Both the position numbers and the translations under genes were made by a program. Positions 19,739 through 29,553 of a stretch of DNA of 32,000 bases are shown one piece after another. The notes beneath the pieces are model-generated. The model did not search any database. It was given only the letters and a program-made list of their open reading frames with translations, and was not told the DNA's origin. Where the stretch lies: the NCBI GenBank assembly GCA_049942775.1, contig CP188087.1:501872-533871 (forward strand), written 5' to 3'. The stretch comes from Candidatus Saccharimonadota bacterium (GTDB lineage Bacteria > Pseudomonadota > Gammaproteobacteria > Enterobacterales > Enterobacteriaceae). Position 1 is the first letter of the stretch, and the number at the start of each line of letters is the position of its first letter.

Positions 19739-19899
19739 ATTATTTTTTAAAATTTTTCAAATTCATTAATTTATAATATAATAATTATATAAAAAATTGC
19801 AAAAAAATCAAATAATTTGTTTTCAGTAAATTGAAATATCCATTTTTATTAAAAAATATTTCGAAATTTTTCAAAGTTTAAAACCATAAGGAAAAAAAA

Positions 19900-21120
19900 T
19901 TGAATTACAAACATCCAATATATTTAGATTACGCAGCAACAACACCCATGGATCCATTAATAGTAAAAAAAATGTTAAAATATTTAACTTTAGATGGAAC
20001 TTTTGGAAATGCAGCATCACGTTCTCATATATTAGGCTGGAAAGCTGAAGAATCTGTTGACGAATCAAGAAATATTATAGCTCAATTAATTAATGCAGAT
20101 CCTAGAGAAATAATATTTACTTCCGGAGCTACAGAATCAAATAATTTAGCTATAAAAGGATATTGTGATTTTTATCAAAAAAAAGGAAAACATGTCATTA
20201 CTAGTAATACAGAACATAAATCTGTATTAGATACTTGTAGATTTTTAGAAAAGAACAACTTCAAAGTCACATATGTTGATCCAGACTCTAATGGATTAAT
20301 TAATCCTACAGAAATAGAAGAAAAAATCTCCAGGGAAACAATTCTTGTCTCAATTATGTTTGTGAATAATGAAACAGGAGTAATACAAAAGATAAACGAA
20401 ATATCAAAAATATGTAACGAAAAAAATGTTGTGTTACATGTTGATGCAACTCAAGCTATTGGGAAAATTAACATTGATTTAAAAAAAATAAACATAGGAT
20501 TAATGTCTTTTTCAGGGCATAAAATATATGGCCCTAAAGGAATTGGAGCTCTTTATGTAAGTAGAAGTCCTAATAGAATACGTTTATCAGCTCAAATTCA
20601 TGGAGGTGGTCATGAAAGAGGAATGAGATCTGGAACTTTACCTGTTCATCAAATTGTAGGAATGGGAGAAGCTTTTCGACTTGCAAAACTTAATTTTGTT
20701 ATAGAATGTAAAAAATTGAATTTTTTAAAAAATAAGTTATGGAACGGTTTAAAAGACATAGAAGAAGTTTATTTAAATGGAAATTTTGAAATTACTTCTC
20801 CTCATATTTTAAATATTAGTTTTAATTATGTAGAAGGGGAATCTTTAATTATGGCCTTGAAAAACTTAGCTGTTTCGTCTGGTTCAGCTTGTACATCTAC
20901 TAGTTTAGAACCGTCGTACGTGTTAAGAGCTATGGGAGTAAAAGATGAACTTGCACATAGTTCAATTAGATTTTCTTTAGGAAAATTTACTACTGAAGAA
21001 GAAATTAATTATACGATCAAATCAGTCCGTTCTGCAATTGTTCGTTTACGTAAATTATCTCCATTATGGGAAATGTTTAAATCAGGAATAGATTTAAAAT
21101 CAATAAAATGGAATAAATAA
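19900..21120 (+). CDS. iscS: cysteine desulfurase IscS
   Basis: 406-aa [17 protein letters not shown] is the N-terminal region, [17 protein letters not shown] carries the PLP-lysine, and SSGSACTS carries the catalytic Cys. The start is TTG at 19900, with AAGGA about 8 nt upstream. Confidence 0.95.
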   Translation: MNYKHPIYLDYAATTPMDPLIVKKMLKYLTLDGTFGNAASRSHILGWKAEESVDESRNIIAQLINADPREIIFTSGATESNNLAIKGYCDFYQKKGKHVITSNTEHKSVLDTCRFLEKNNFKVTYVDPDSNGLINPTEIEEKISRETILVSIMFVNNETGVIQKINEISKICNEKNVVLHVDATQAIGKINIDLKKINIGLMSFSGHKIYGPKGIGALYVSRSPNRIRLSAQIHGGGHERGMRSGTLPVHQIVGMGEAFRLAKLNFVIECKKLNFLKNKLWNGLKDIEEVYLNGNFEITSPHILNISFNYVEGESLIMALKNLAVSSGSACTSTSLEPSYVLRAMGVKDELAHSSIRFSLGKFTTEEEINYTIKSVRSAIVRLRKLSPLWEMFKSGIDLKSIKWNK

Positions 21121-21146
21121 ATTAAATTAAGTTAACGAGGATAAAA

Positions 21147-21575
21147 ATGTCATATAGTAAAAAAGTAATAGATCACTATGAAAATCCTAGAAATGTAGGA
21201 TCTTTTTCAGAAGACGATATTAATTCTGACAAAGATATAAATATTGGAAATGGTTTGGTAGGTTCACCTTCTTGTGGTGATGTCATGAAATTACAAATTA
21301 AAGTTAACAATGAAGGTATAATTGAAGATGCAAAATTTAAAACATACGGATGTGGTTCTGCTATTGCTGCTAGTTCATTAGCTACTGAATTAGTTAAAGG
21401 AAAATCTTTAAAAGAAGCTAAAAATATAAAAAATGTTAATATAGCCCAAGAATTGGATTTACCTCCTGTTAAAATACATTGTTCTATTTTAGCAGAAGAT
21501 GCAATTAAAGCAGCAATTTTAGATTACAAAAATAAAAAAATAAAACAAAATCAACAGTTTGATTCTAAATCATAA
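21147..21575 (+). CDS. iscU: iron-sulfur cluster scaffold IscU
   Basis: 142-aa ORF. KVIDHYENPRNVGSF, CGDVMKLQI, YGCGSAIASS and LPPVKIHCSILAEDAIKAA are all near-identical to E. coli IscU. GAGGA lies upstream. There are a small N-terminal insertion and a C-terminal tail. Confidence 0.96.
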   Translation: MSYSKKVIDHYENPRNVGSFSEDDINSDKDINIGNGLVGSPSCGDVMKLQIKVNNEGIIEDAKFKTYGCGSAIAASSLATELVKGKSLKEAKNIKNVNIAQELDLPPVKIHCSILAEDAIKAAILDYKNKKIKQNQQFDSKS

Positions 21576-21725
21576 ATATAACAATTTATCAAAATTTTTT
21601 AAATTCAATAAAAGTTAGGTATATTTTTAAAATATTTATAAATAAAATAAATTTTAGAACTTTTAAAAAAAATTAGAAATATTTTAGTTAAAATTTTTCT
21701 ATTTATTTAATCAGAAGTATTATTA

Positions 21726-24700
21726 GATCGATCCCATGACTGACATCGATGCAAGTTAGTTCTACTACTGATCATAGATGCAAGTACGATGAGCGATCGA
21801 TCCCATGACTGACATCGATGATGCAAGTTAGTTCTACTACTGATCATAGATGCAAGTACGATGAGCGATCGATCCCATGACTGACATCGATGCAAGTTAG
21901 TTCTACTACTGATCATAGATGCAAGTACGATGAGCGATCGATCCCATGACTGACATCGATGCAAGTTAGTTCTACTACTGATCATAGATGCAAGTACGAT
22001 GAGCGATCGATCCCATGACTGACATCGATGCAAGTTAGTTCTACTACTGATCATAGATGCAAGTACGATGAGCGATCGATCCCATGACTGACATCGATGC
22101 AAGTTAGTTCTACTACTGATCATAGATGCAAGTACGATGAGCGATCGATCCCATGACTGACATCGATGCAAGTTAGTTCTACTACTGATCATAGATGCAA
22201 GTACGATGAGCGATGAGCGATCGATCCCATGACTGACATCGATGCAAGTTAGTTCTACTACTGATCATAGATGCAAGTACGATGAGCGATCGATCCCATG
22301 ACTGACATCGATGCAAGTTAGTTCTACTACTGATCATAGATGCAAGTACGATGAGCGATCGATCCCATGACTGACATCGATGCAAGTTAGTTCTACTACT
22401 GATCATAGATGCAAGTACGATGAGCGATCGATCCCATGACTGACATCGATGCAAGTTAGTTCTACTACTGATCATAGATGCAAGTACGATGAGCGATCGA
22501 TCCCATGACTGACATCGATGCAAGTTAGTTCTACTACTGATCATAGATGCAAGTACGATGAGCGATCGATCCCATGACTGACATCGATGCAAGTTAGTTC
22601 TACTACTGATCATAGATGCAAGTACGATGAGCGATCGATCCCATGACTGACATCGATGCAAGTTAGTTCTACTACTGATCATAGATGCAAGTACGATGAG
22701 CGATCGATCCCATGACTGACATCGATGCAAGTTAGTTCTACTACTGATCATAGATGCAAGTACGATGAGCGATCGATCCCATGACTGACATCGATGCAAG
22801 TTAGTTCTACTACTGATCATAGATGCAAGTACGATGAGCGATCGATCCCATGACTGACATCGATGCAAGTTAGTTCTACTACTGATCATAGATGCAAGTA
22901 CGATGAGCTGATCATGACATCGATGCAAGTACGATGAGCGAGATGATGAGCGATCGATCCCATGACTGACATCGATGCAAGTTAGTTCTACTACTGATCA
23001 TAGATGCAAGTACGATGAGCGATCGATGACTGACATCGATGCAAGTTAGTTCTACTACTGATCATAGATGCAAGTACGATGCGATCGAATGACTGACATC
23101 GATGCAAGTTAGTTCTACTACTGATCATAGATGCAAGTACGATGAGCGATCGATCCCATGACTGACATCGATGCAAGATCATAGATGCAAGTACGATGAG
23201 CGATCGATCCCATGACTGACATCGATGCAAGTTAGTTCTACTACTGATCATAGATGCAAGTACGATGAGCGATCGATGCAAGATCCCATGACTGACATCG
23301 ATGCAAGTTAGTTCTACTACTGATCATAGATGCAAGTACGATGAGCGATCGATCCCATGACTGACATCGATGCAAGTTAGTTCTGATCATAGATGCAATC
23401 ATAGATGCAAGTACGATGAGCGATCGATAGATGACTGACATCGATGCAAGTCGATGCAAGTTAGTTCTACTACTGATCATAGATGCAAGTACGATGAGCG
23501 ATCGATCCCATGACTGACATCGATGCAAGTTAGTTCTACTACTGATCATAGATGCAAGTACGATGAGCGATCGATCATGATGACTGACATCGATGCAAGT
23601 TAGTTCTACTACTGATCATAGATGCAAGTACGATGAGCGATCGATCCCATGACTGACATCGATGCAAGTTAGTTCTACTACTGATCATAGATGCAAGTAC
23701 GATGAGCGATCGATCCCATGACTGACATCGATGCAAGTTAGTTCTACTACTGATCATAGATGCAAGTACGATACGATGAGCGATCGATGCAAGATCCCAT
23801 GACATAGATGCAAGACATCGATGCAAGTTCTACTACTGATCATAGATGCAAGTACGATGAGCGATCGATCCCATGACTGACATCGATGCAAGTTAGTTCT
23901 GATCATAGATCCCATGACTGACATCGATGCAAGTTAGTTCTACTACTGATCATAGATGCAAGTACGATGAGCGATCGATCCCATGACTGACATCGATGCA
24001 AGTTAGTTCTACTGACTGATCATAGATGCAAGTACGATGAGCGATCGATCCCATGACTGACATCGATGCAAGTTAGTTCTACTACTGATCATAGATGCAA
24101 GTACGATGAGCGATCGATCCCATGACTGACATCGATGCAAGTTAGTTTACTACTACTCTGATAGATGCAAGTACGATGAGCGATCGATCCCATGACTGAC
24201 ATCGATGCAAGTTAGTTCTACTACTGATCATAGATGCAAGTACGATGAGCGATCGATCCCATGACTGACATCGATGCAAGTTAGTTCTACTACTGATCAT
24301 AGATGCAAGTACGATGAGCGATCGATCCCATGACTGACATCGATGCAAGTTAGTTCTACTACTGATCATAGATGCAAGTACGATGAGCGATCGATCCCAT
24401 GACTGACATCTCTGATCATAGATGCAAGTACGATGAGCGATCGATCCCATGACTGACATCGATGCAAGTTAGTTCTACTACTGATCATAGATGCAAGTAC
24501 GATGAGCGATCGATTGACTACTATGCTGATCTGATAGATGCAAGTACGATGAGCGATCGATCCCATGACATGACATGATCATAGATGCAATGCAAGTTAG
24601 ATCGATCCCATGACTGACATCGATGCAAGTTAGTTCTACTACTGATCATAGATGCAAGTACGATGAGCGATCGATCCCATGACTGACATCGATGCAAGTT

Positions 24701-27001
24701 AGTTCTACTACTGATCATAGATGCAAGTACGATGAGCGATCGATCCCATGACTGACATCTGATGCAAGTTAGTTCTACTACTGATCATAGATGCAAGTAC
24801 GATGAGCGATCGATCCCATGACTGACATCGATGCAAGTTAGTTCTACTACTGATCATAGATGCAAGTACGATGAGCGATCGATCCCATGACTGACATCGA
24901 TGCAAGTTAGTTCTATGCTACTGATCATAGATGCAAGTACGATGAGCGATCGATCCCATGACTGACATCGATGCAAGTTGTTCTACTAGTTCTATCTGAT
25001 CATAGATGCAAGTACGATGACGATCGATCCCATGACTGACATCGATGCAAGTTAGTTCTACTACTGATCATAGATGCAAGTACGATGAGCGATCGATCCC
25101 ATGACTGACATCCATGATGCAAGTTAGTTCTACTACTGATCATAGATGCAAGTACGATGAGCGATCGATCCCATGACTGACATCGATGCAAGTTAGTTCT
25201 ACTACTGATCATAGATGCAAGTACGATGAGCGATGATCCCATGACTGACATCGATGCAAGTTAGTTCTACTACTGATCATAGATGCAAGTACGATGAGCG
25301 ATCGATCCCATGACTGACATCGATGCAAGTTAGTTCTACTCAAGTACGATGAGCGATCGATCCCATGACTGACATCGATGCAAGTTAGTTCTACTACTGA
25401 TCATAGATGCAAGTACGATGAGCGATCGATCCCATGACTGACATCGATGCAAGTTAGTTCTACTACTGATCATAGATGCAAGTACGATGAGCGATCGATC
25501 CCATGACTGACATCGATGCAAGTTAGTTCTACTACTGATCTGATCATAGATGCAAGTACGATGAGCGATCGATCCCATGACTGACATCGATGCAAGTTAG
25601 TTCTACTACTGATCATAGATGCAAGTACGATGAGCGATCGATCCCATGACTGACATCGATGCAAGTTAGTTCTACTACTGATCATAGATGCAAGTACGAT
25701 GAGCGATCGATCCCATGACTGACATCGATGCAAGTTAGTTCTACTACTGATCATAGATGCAAGTACGATGAGCGATCGATCCCATGACTGACATCGATGC
25801 AAGAGTACGATGAGCGATCGATCCCATGACTGACATCGATGCAAGTTAGTTCTACTACTGATCATAGATGCAAGTACGATGAGCGATCGATCCCATGACT
25901 GACATCGACATACTGATCATACTGATGCAAGTACGATGAGCGATCGATCCCATGACTGACATCGATGCAAGTTAGTTCTACTACTGATCATAGATGCAAG
26001 TACGATGAGCGATCGATCCCATGACTGACATCGATGCAAGTTAGTTCTACTACTGATCATAGATGCAAGTACGATGAGCGATCGATCCCATGACTGACAT
26101 CGATGCAAGTTAGTTCTACTACTGATCATAGATGCAAGTACGATGAGCGATCGATCCCATGACTGACATCGATGCAAGTTAGTTCTACTACTGATCATAG
26201 ATGCAAGTACGATGAGCGATCGATCCCATGACTGACATCGATGCAAGTTAGTTCTACTACTGATCATAGATGCAAGTACGATGAGCGATCGATCCCATGA
26301 TCGATCCAAGTTAGTTCTACTACTGATCATAGATGCAAGTACGATGAGCGATCGATCCCATGACTGACATCGATGCAAGATCTGATCATCGATCCCAGAT
26401 GCAAGTTCTACTACTGATCATAGATGCAAGTACGATCGATCCCATGACTGACCGATGAGAGCGATCGATCCCATGACTGACATCGATGCAAGTTAGTTCT
26501 ACTACTGATCATAGATGCAAGTACGATGAGCGATCGATCCCATGACTGACATCGATGCAAGTTAGTTCTACTACTGATCATAGATGCAAGTACGATGAGC
26601 GATCGATCCCATGACTGACATCGATGCAAGTTAGTTCTACTACTGATCATAGATGCAAGTACGATGAGCGATCGATCCCATGACTGACATCGATGCAAGT
26701 TAGTTCTACTACTGATCATAGATGCAAGTACGATGAGCGATCGATCCCATGACTGACATCGATGCAAGTTAGTTCTACTACTGATCATAGATGCAAGCGA
26801 TATCCCATGACGATGCAAGTTAGTTCTACTACTGATCATAGATGCAAGTACGATGAGCGATCGATCCCATGACTGACATCGATGCAAGTTAGTTCTACTA
26901 CTGATCATGACATCGATGCAAGATGATGCAATGACTGACATCGATGCAAGTTAGTTCTACTACTGATCATAGATGCAAGTACGATGAGCGATCGATCCCA
27001 T
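21726..27001. repeat. 69-bp-period tandem repeat array, about 76 unit equivalents. Consensus: ATCGATCCCATGACTGACATCGATGCAAGTTAGTTCTACTACTGATCATAGATGCAAGTACGATGAGCG
   Basis: Direct reading places unit starts at 21727 and 21796 (69 bp apart), then 21868 (69 plus a 3-bp insertion). The pattern continues to 27001. The unit has 30 G+C of 69 by hand count, against flanks that are visibly about one-fifth G+C. Both junctions with AT-rich spacer are abrupt. There are no spacers, so it is not CRISPR. Confidence 0.97.
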
Positions 27002-27050
27002 AATAAAAACACAATTGTCTGAAGATTTTTAAAAAAAAAAGATAAAACTC

Positions 27051-27575
27051 ATGAAAAATTATTTTAAAATTTTTAATTTACCTATTTCATTTCAACTAGA
27101 TAAAAAACAGCTAACAAAAAATTTTTATGAACTTCAAAAAAAATATCATCCTGATTTTTGTATTGATGAAGATAAAATAAAAAAGTCTAATTTAATGAAA
27201 AAATCCATTAAAATTAATCATGCCTATAAAATTTTGATTGATCCTATAAAAAGAGCTGAATATTATATACGTATAAATTATCTAAATTTCGAAAAAGAAA
27301 AAAAAGATATTCCATTTGATATAATTTTTTTAAAAAAACATATGAAGTTATGTGAAGAACTAGAACATATTAAAAAATCTTCTAAAAAAAATGAAAAAAT
27401 AATGCAATTTTTTTTAAAAAAAATTGACGATTTAATTTTTTTATATTTGCATAAAATTGAAAGAAAATTTATCAACAAAGAATGGGAAACTGCTATTACT
27501 ATTTTAAATAAATTATTTTTTTTAAAGAGAATAAAATATTCTACAATTCAAGAAATTAGTAATTTAAATAAATAA
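27051..27575 (+). CDS. hscB: Fe-S cluster co-chaperone HscB
   Basis: 174-aa ORF. NYFKIFNLPISFQLDKKQLTKNFYELQKKYHPD is the J-domain with its HPD motif. Length is close to E. coli HscB, and hscA follows. Confidence 0.9.
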   Translation: MKNYFKIFNLPISFQLDKKQLTKNFYELQKKYHPDFCIDEDKIKKSNLMKKSIKINHAYKILIDPIKRAEYYIRINYLNFEKEKKDIPFDIIFLKKHMKLCEELEHIKKSSKKNEKIMQFFLKKIDDLIFLYLHKIERKFINKEWETAITILNKLFFLKRIKYSTIQEISNLNK

Positions 27576-27597
27576 ATTGAAAAATTAAGGTTTTTAT

Positions 27598-29079
27598 ATG
27601 TCTAAAAAAAAAAAATTATGCATTGGATTTGATTTAGGGACGACAAATTCTTTAGTTGCAAGATTTTCCTGTAATAAAATCAAAATATTAAAAGATGAAA
27701 ATGGAAAGAAATTGTTGCCTTCAGTTGTTCAATATAAAAAAAATAAAATTTTAGTTGGTTGGAATGCAGTAAAAAACTATAAAGACGACTCAGAAAATAC
27801 AATTTTTTCTATAAAAAGACTAGTAGGATTATCAGAAAAAAAAATAAAAGTTTTATACCCTAAATTGCCGTATTTGTATAAAAAAAACAACGATAACAAA
27901 GTTTGTATCAAAACAATTCAAGGATATATACAAGTTTCTTGTATTATTAGTCAAATTTTATTTGTATTAAAAGAAAGAGCAATAAATTTTTTTAAGCAAG
28001 AAATTGATCATTCAGTAATAACTGTTCCGGCATATTTTGATAATAAACAAAGAAAAGAAATCAAAAAATCAGCTTTCTTAGCTGGATTAAAAAATGTACG
28101 ATTATTAAATGAACCTACTGCAGCGGCTATTGCATATGGATGTGATTTAAAAAAAACAGAATTAGTTGCTGTTTATGATTTAGGAGGGGGTACTTTTGAC
28201 TTTTCTTTATTAAAATTAGAAAATGAAGTTTTTGAAGTATTAACCACAACTGGAAATTCTCATTTAGGTGGAGATGATTTTGATTTTTTATTGTTAAAAT
28301 ATATATATAAAAAATATCATTTATTTTTCGCTAATTCAAAAACCAAAGCAGAGATGTTTTTAAAAGTAAAAATTTTAAAAACAGAACTAACTTTTAAAGA
28401 AAAAGTAATCTTTAAAATTCAAGATTTTATAATAGAAATCACTAGAAATGAATTTAATCAATTAATTAATAAATTAGTAGAAAAAACACTTATAATTTGC
28501 AAAAAAGCACTAATATCTGTTGAAGTTCAGATAAATGAAATTAATGAGATTATATTAGTAGGTGGTTCTACTTATATTCCTATTATTCGAGACAAGATAG
28601 CTTTATTTTTTAAAAAAAGCCCCCTTTTTTTTGTTAATCCAGAAGAAGCTGTTGTAATCGGATCTGCTATTCATTCTGAAAATCTTTCTGAAAATATTAA
28701 TAAAAAAAAGAAATTTTTGTTAATTGATGTATTGCATTTATCTTTAGGAATTGAAGTAATGGGAGGGATAGTTGAAAAAATAATTACAAAAAACGAAAAA
28801 TTACCAACAGAATGCACAAAAGTTTTTACTAATTTTCAAGATAATCAAACTTCAATTAAGATACATATTTTGCAGGGAGAAGATAAATTAGTAAAAAACT
28901 GTCGTTCTTTATTTTGTTTTTCATTATCAGGAATAACTCCTCAATTAGCTGGAGTGAATAGAATTTTTGTTAATTTTAAAATCGACAATGATGGATTATT
29001 GCATGTTACTGCAATAGATAAAATTAGTAAAAATAGAAAAAATGTTATAATCAATACCGTTGATAGTAAAAATATTTAA
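27598..29079 (+). CDS. hscA: Fe-S cluster chaperone HscA (Hsp70 family), C-terminally short
   Basis: 493-aa ORF. IGFDLGTTNSLVA, VITVPAYFDNKQR, LLNEPTAAAIAYG, VYDLGGGTFDFSLL and LVGGSTYIPIIR are Hsp70/HscA ATPase motifs. The substrate-binding beta domain is present through DNDGLLHVTAIDK. The ORF then stops about 110 aa earlier than E. coli HscA (616 aa). Confidence 0.9.
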   Translation: MSKKKKLCIGFDLGTTNSLVARFSCNKIKILKDENGKKLLPSVVQYKKNKILVGWNAVKNYKDDSENTIFSIKRLVGLSEKKIKVLYPKLPYLYKKNNDNKVCIKTIQGYIQVSCIISQILFVLKERAINFFKQEIDHSVITVPAYFDNKQRKEIKKSAFLAGLKNVRLLNEPTAAAIAYGCDLKKTELVAVYDLGGGTFDFSLLKLENEVFEVLTTTGNSHLGGDDFDFLLLKYIYKKYHLFFANSKTKAEMFLKVKILKTELTFKEKVIFKIQDFIIEITRNEFNQLINKLVEKTLIICKKALISVEVQINEINEIILVGGSTYIPIIRDKIALFFKKSPLFFVNPEEAVVIGSAIHSENLSENINKKKKFLLIDVLHLSLGIEVMGGIVEKIITKNEKLPTECTKVFTNFQDNQTSIKIHILQGEDKLVKNCRSLFCFSLSGITPQLAGVNRIFVNFKIDNDGLLHVTAIDKISKNRKNVIINTVDSKNI

Positions 29080-29188
29080 AGTTGTTATTTTTTTTAAAAT
29101 ATTAATATTTTAAAAAAAATAATTTTTAAAAAACATTTGAGTAAAATTTAAATTTTTTAGTTAACTATAATATTTTAGGAGTTATAAA

Positions 29189-29524
29189 GTGATTAAAATA
29201 GTTTTTTTACCACACAAAATAATATTACCGAAGGGAAAAATAATTTTTGTAAAGTCTGGAGAAACTATATTAGACGTTGCCTTATCTCATAACATTAATA
29301 TAGATCATGCTTGTGAAAAATCATGTGCTTGTAGTACTTGTCATTGTATAGTAGAAAAAGGATTTTTTTCGCTTTCTAAAATGGAAGAAAAAGAAGAAGA
29401 TTTATTAGATAAAGCTTGGGGTTTAACAGAATTTAGTAGATTATCCTGTCAAGCTAGAATAGGAAATGAAAATCTAGAAATAAAAATTCCTTTTTATTCA
29501 TTAAATTATGTAAAAGAAAAATAA
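29189..29524 (+). CDS. fdx: 2Fe-2S ferredoxin (ISC-type)
   Basis: 111-aa [17 protein letters not shown] and RLSCQARI supply the four cluster cysteines and are near-identical to E. coli Fdx. The start is GTG at 29189, with TAGGAG upstream. Confidence 0.93.
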   Translation: MIKIVFLPHKIILPKGKIIFVKSGETILDVALSHNINIDHACEKSCACSTCHCIVEKGFFSLSKMEEKEEDLLDKAWGLTEFSRLSCQARIGNENLEIKIPFYSLNYVKEK

Positions 29525-29553
29525 AAAATAGTTCCTAAGAACTATTTTTTTTT
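29523..29553. terminator. Candidate bidirectional terminator between convergent fdx and der
   Basis: The stem AAAAAATAGTTC / GAACTATTTTTT with loop CTAA (29523-29550) is flanked by an A-run on the left and a T-run on the right, so a hairpin plus U-tract forms on either strand. It overlaps both stop codons. The stem is AT-rich, so it is weak. Confidence 0.45.

Noticed and set aside
21707-26941. Many minus-strand ORFs (65-248 aa) encode the 23-aa repeat MISSRTNLHRCQSWDRSLIVLAS, which suggests a giant repeat protein.
   Set aside because: The period is 69 bp, or 23 codons, so any frame free of stops in one unit stays open across perfect copies. I checked the unit: the three plus frames and two of the minus frames contain stops, and one minus frame is open, which is expected by chance for a 69-bp unit. 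The frame is broken by indels into about 18 pieces. There is no RBS or promoter context. The peptide resembles no repeat-protein family I know, and its codon and amino-acid usage is unlike every real gene in this window.
21726-27001. CRISPR array.
   Set aside because: There are no unique spacers. The whole 69 bp repeats as a simple tandem unit, and the internal 9-bp GATGCAAGT repeat is part of that unit. No cas genes or leader are present in the window.
21726-27001. The array as iterons or an origin (DnaA-box or plasmid-type Rep-binding repeats).
   Set aside because: The unit contains no TTATNCACA-like 9-mer, there is no adjacent rep or dnaA gene, and 76 copies far exceeds known iteron arrays. 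GATC richness alone is not evidence of origin function.
21576-27050. Insertion sequence, transposon, prophage, integron or genomic island.
   Set aside because: There is no transposase, integrase or recombinase ORF, no terminal inverted repeats, no target-site duplication at 21726 or 27001, and no adjacent tRNA. The content is purely tandem repeat.
26990-27050. A dedicated hscB promoter (CATAAT/ATAATA at about 26998-27004) at the right edge of the array.
   Set aside because: The -10-like hexamer has no acceptable -35 partner, since the upstream sequence is repeat unit. AT-rich hexamers resembling TATAAT are too common here to be meaningful without TSS data.
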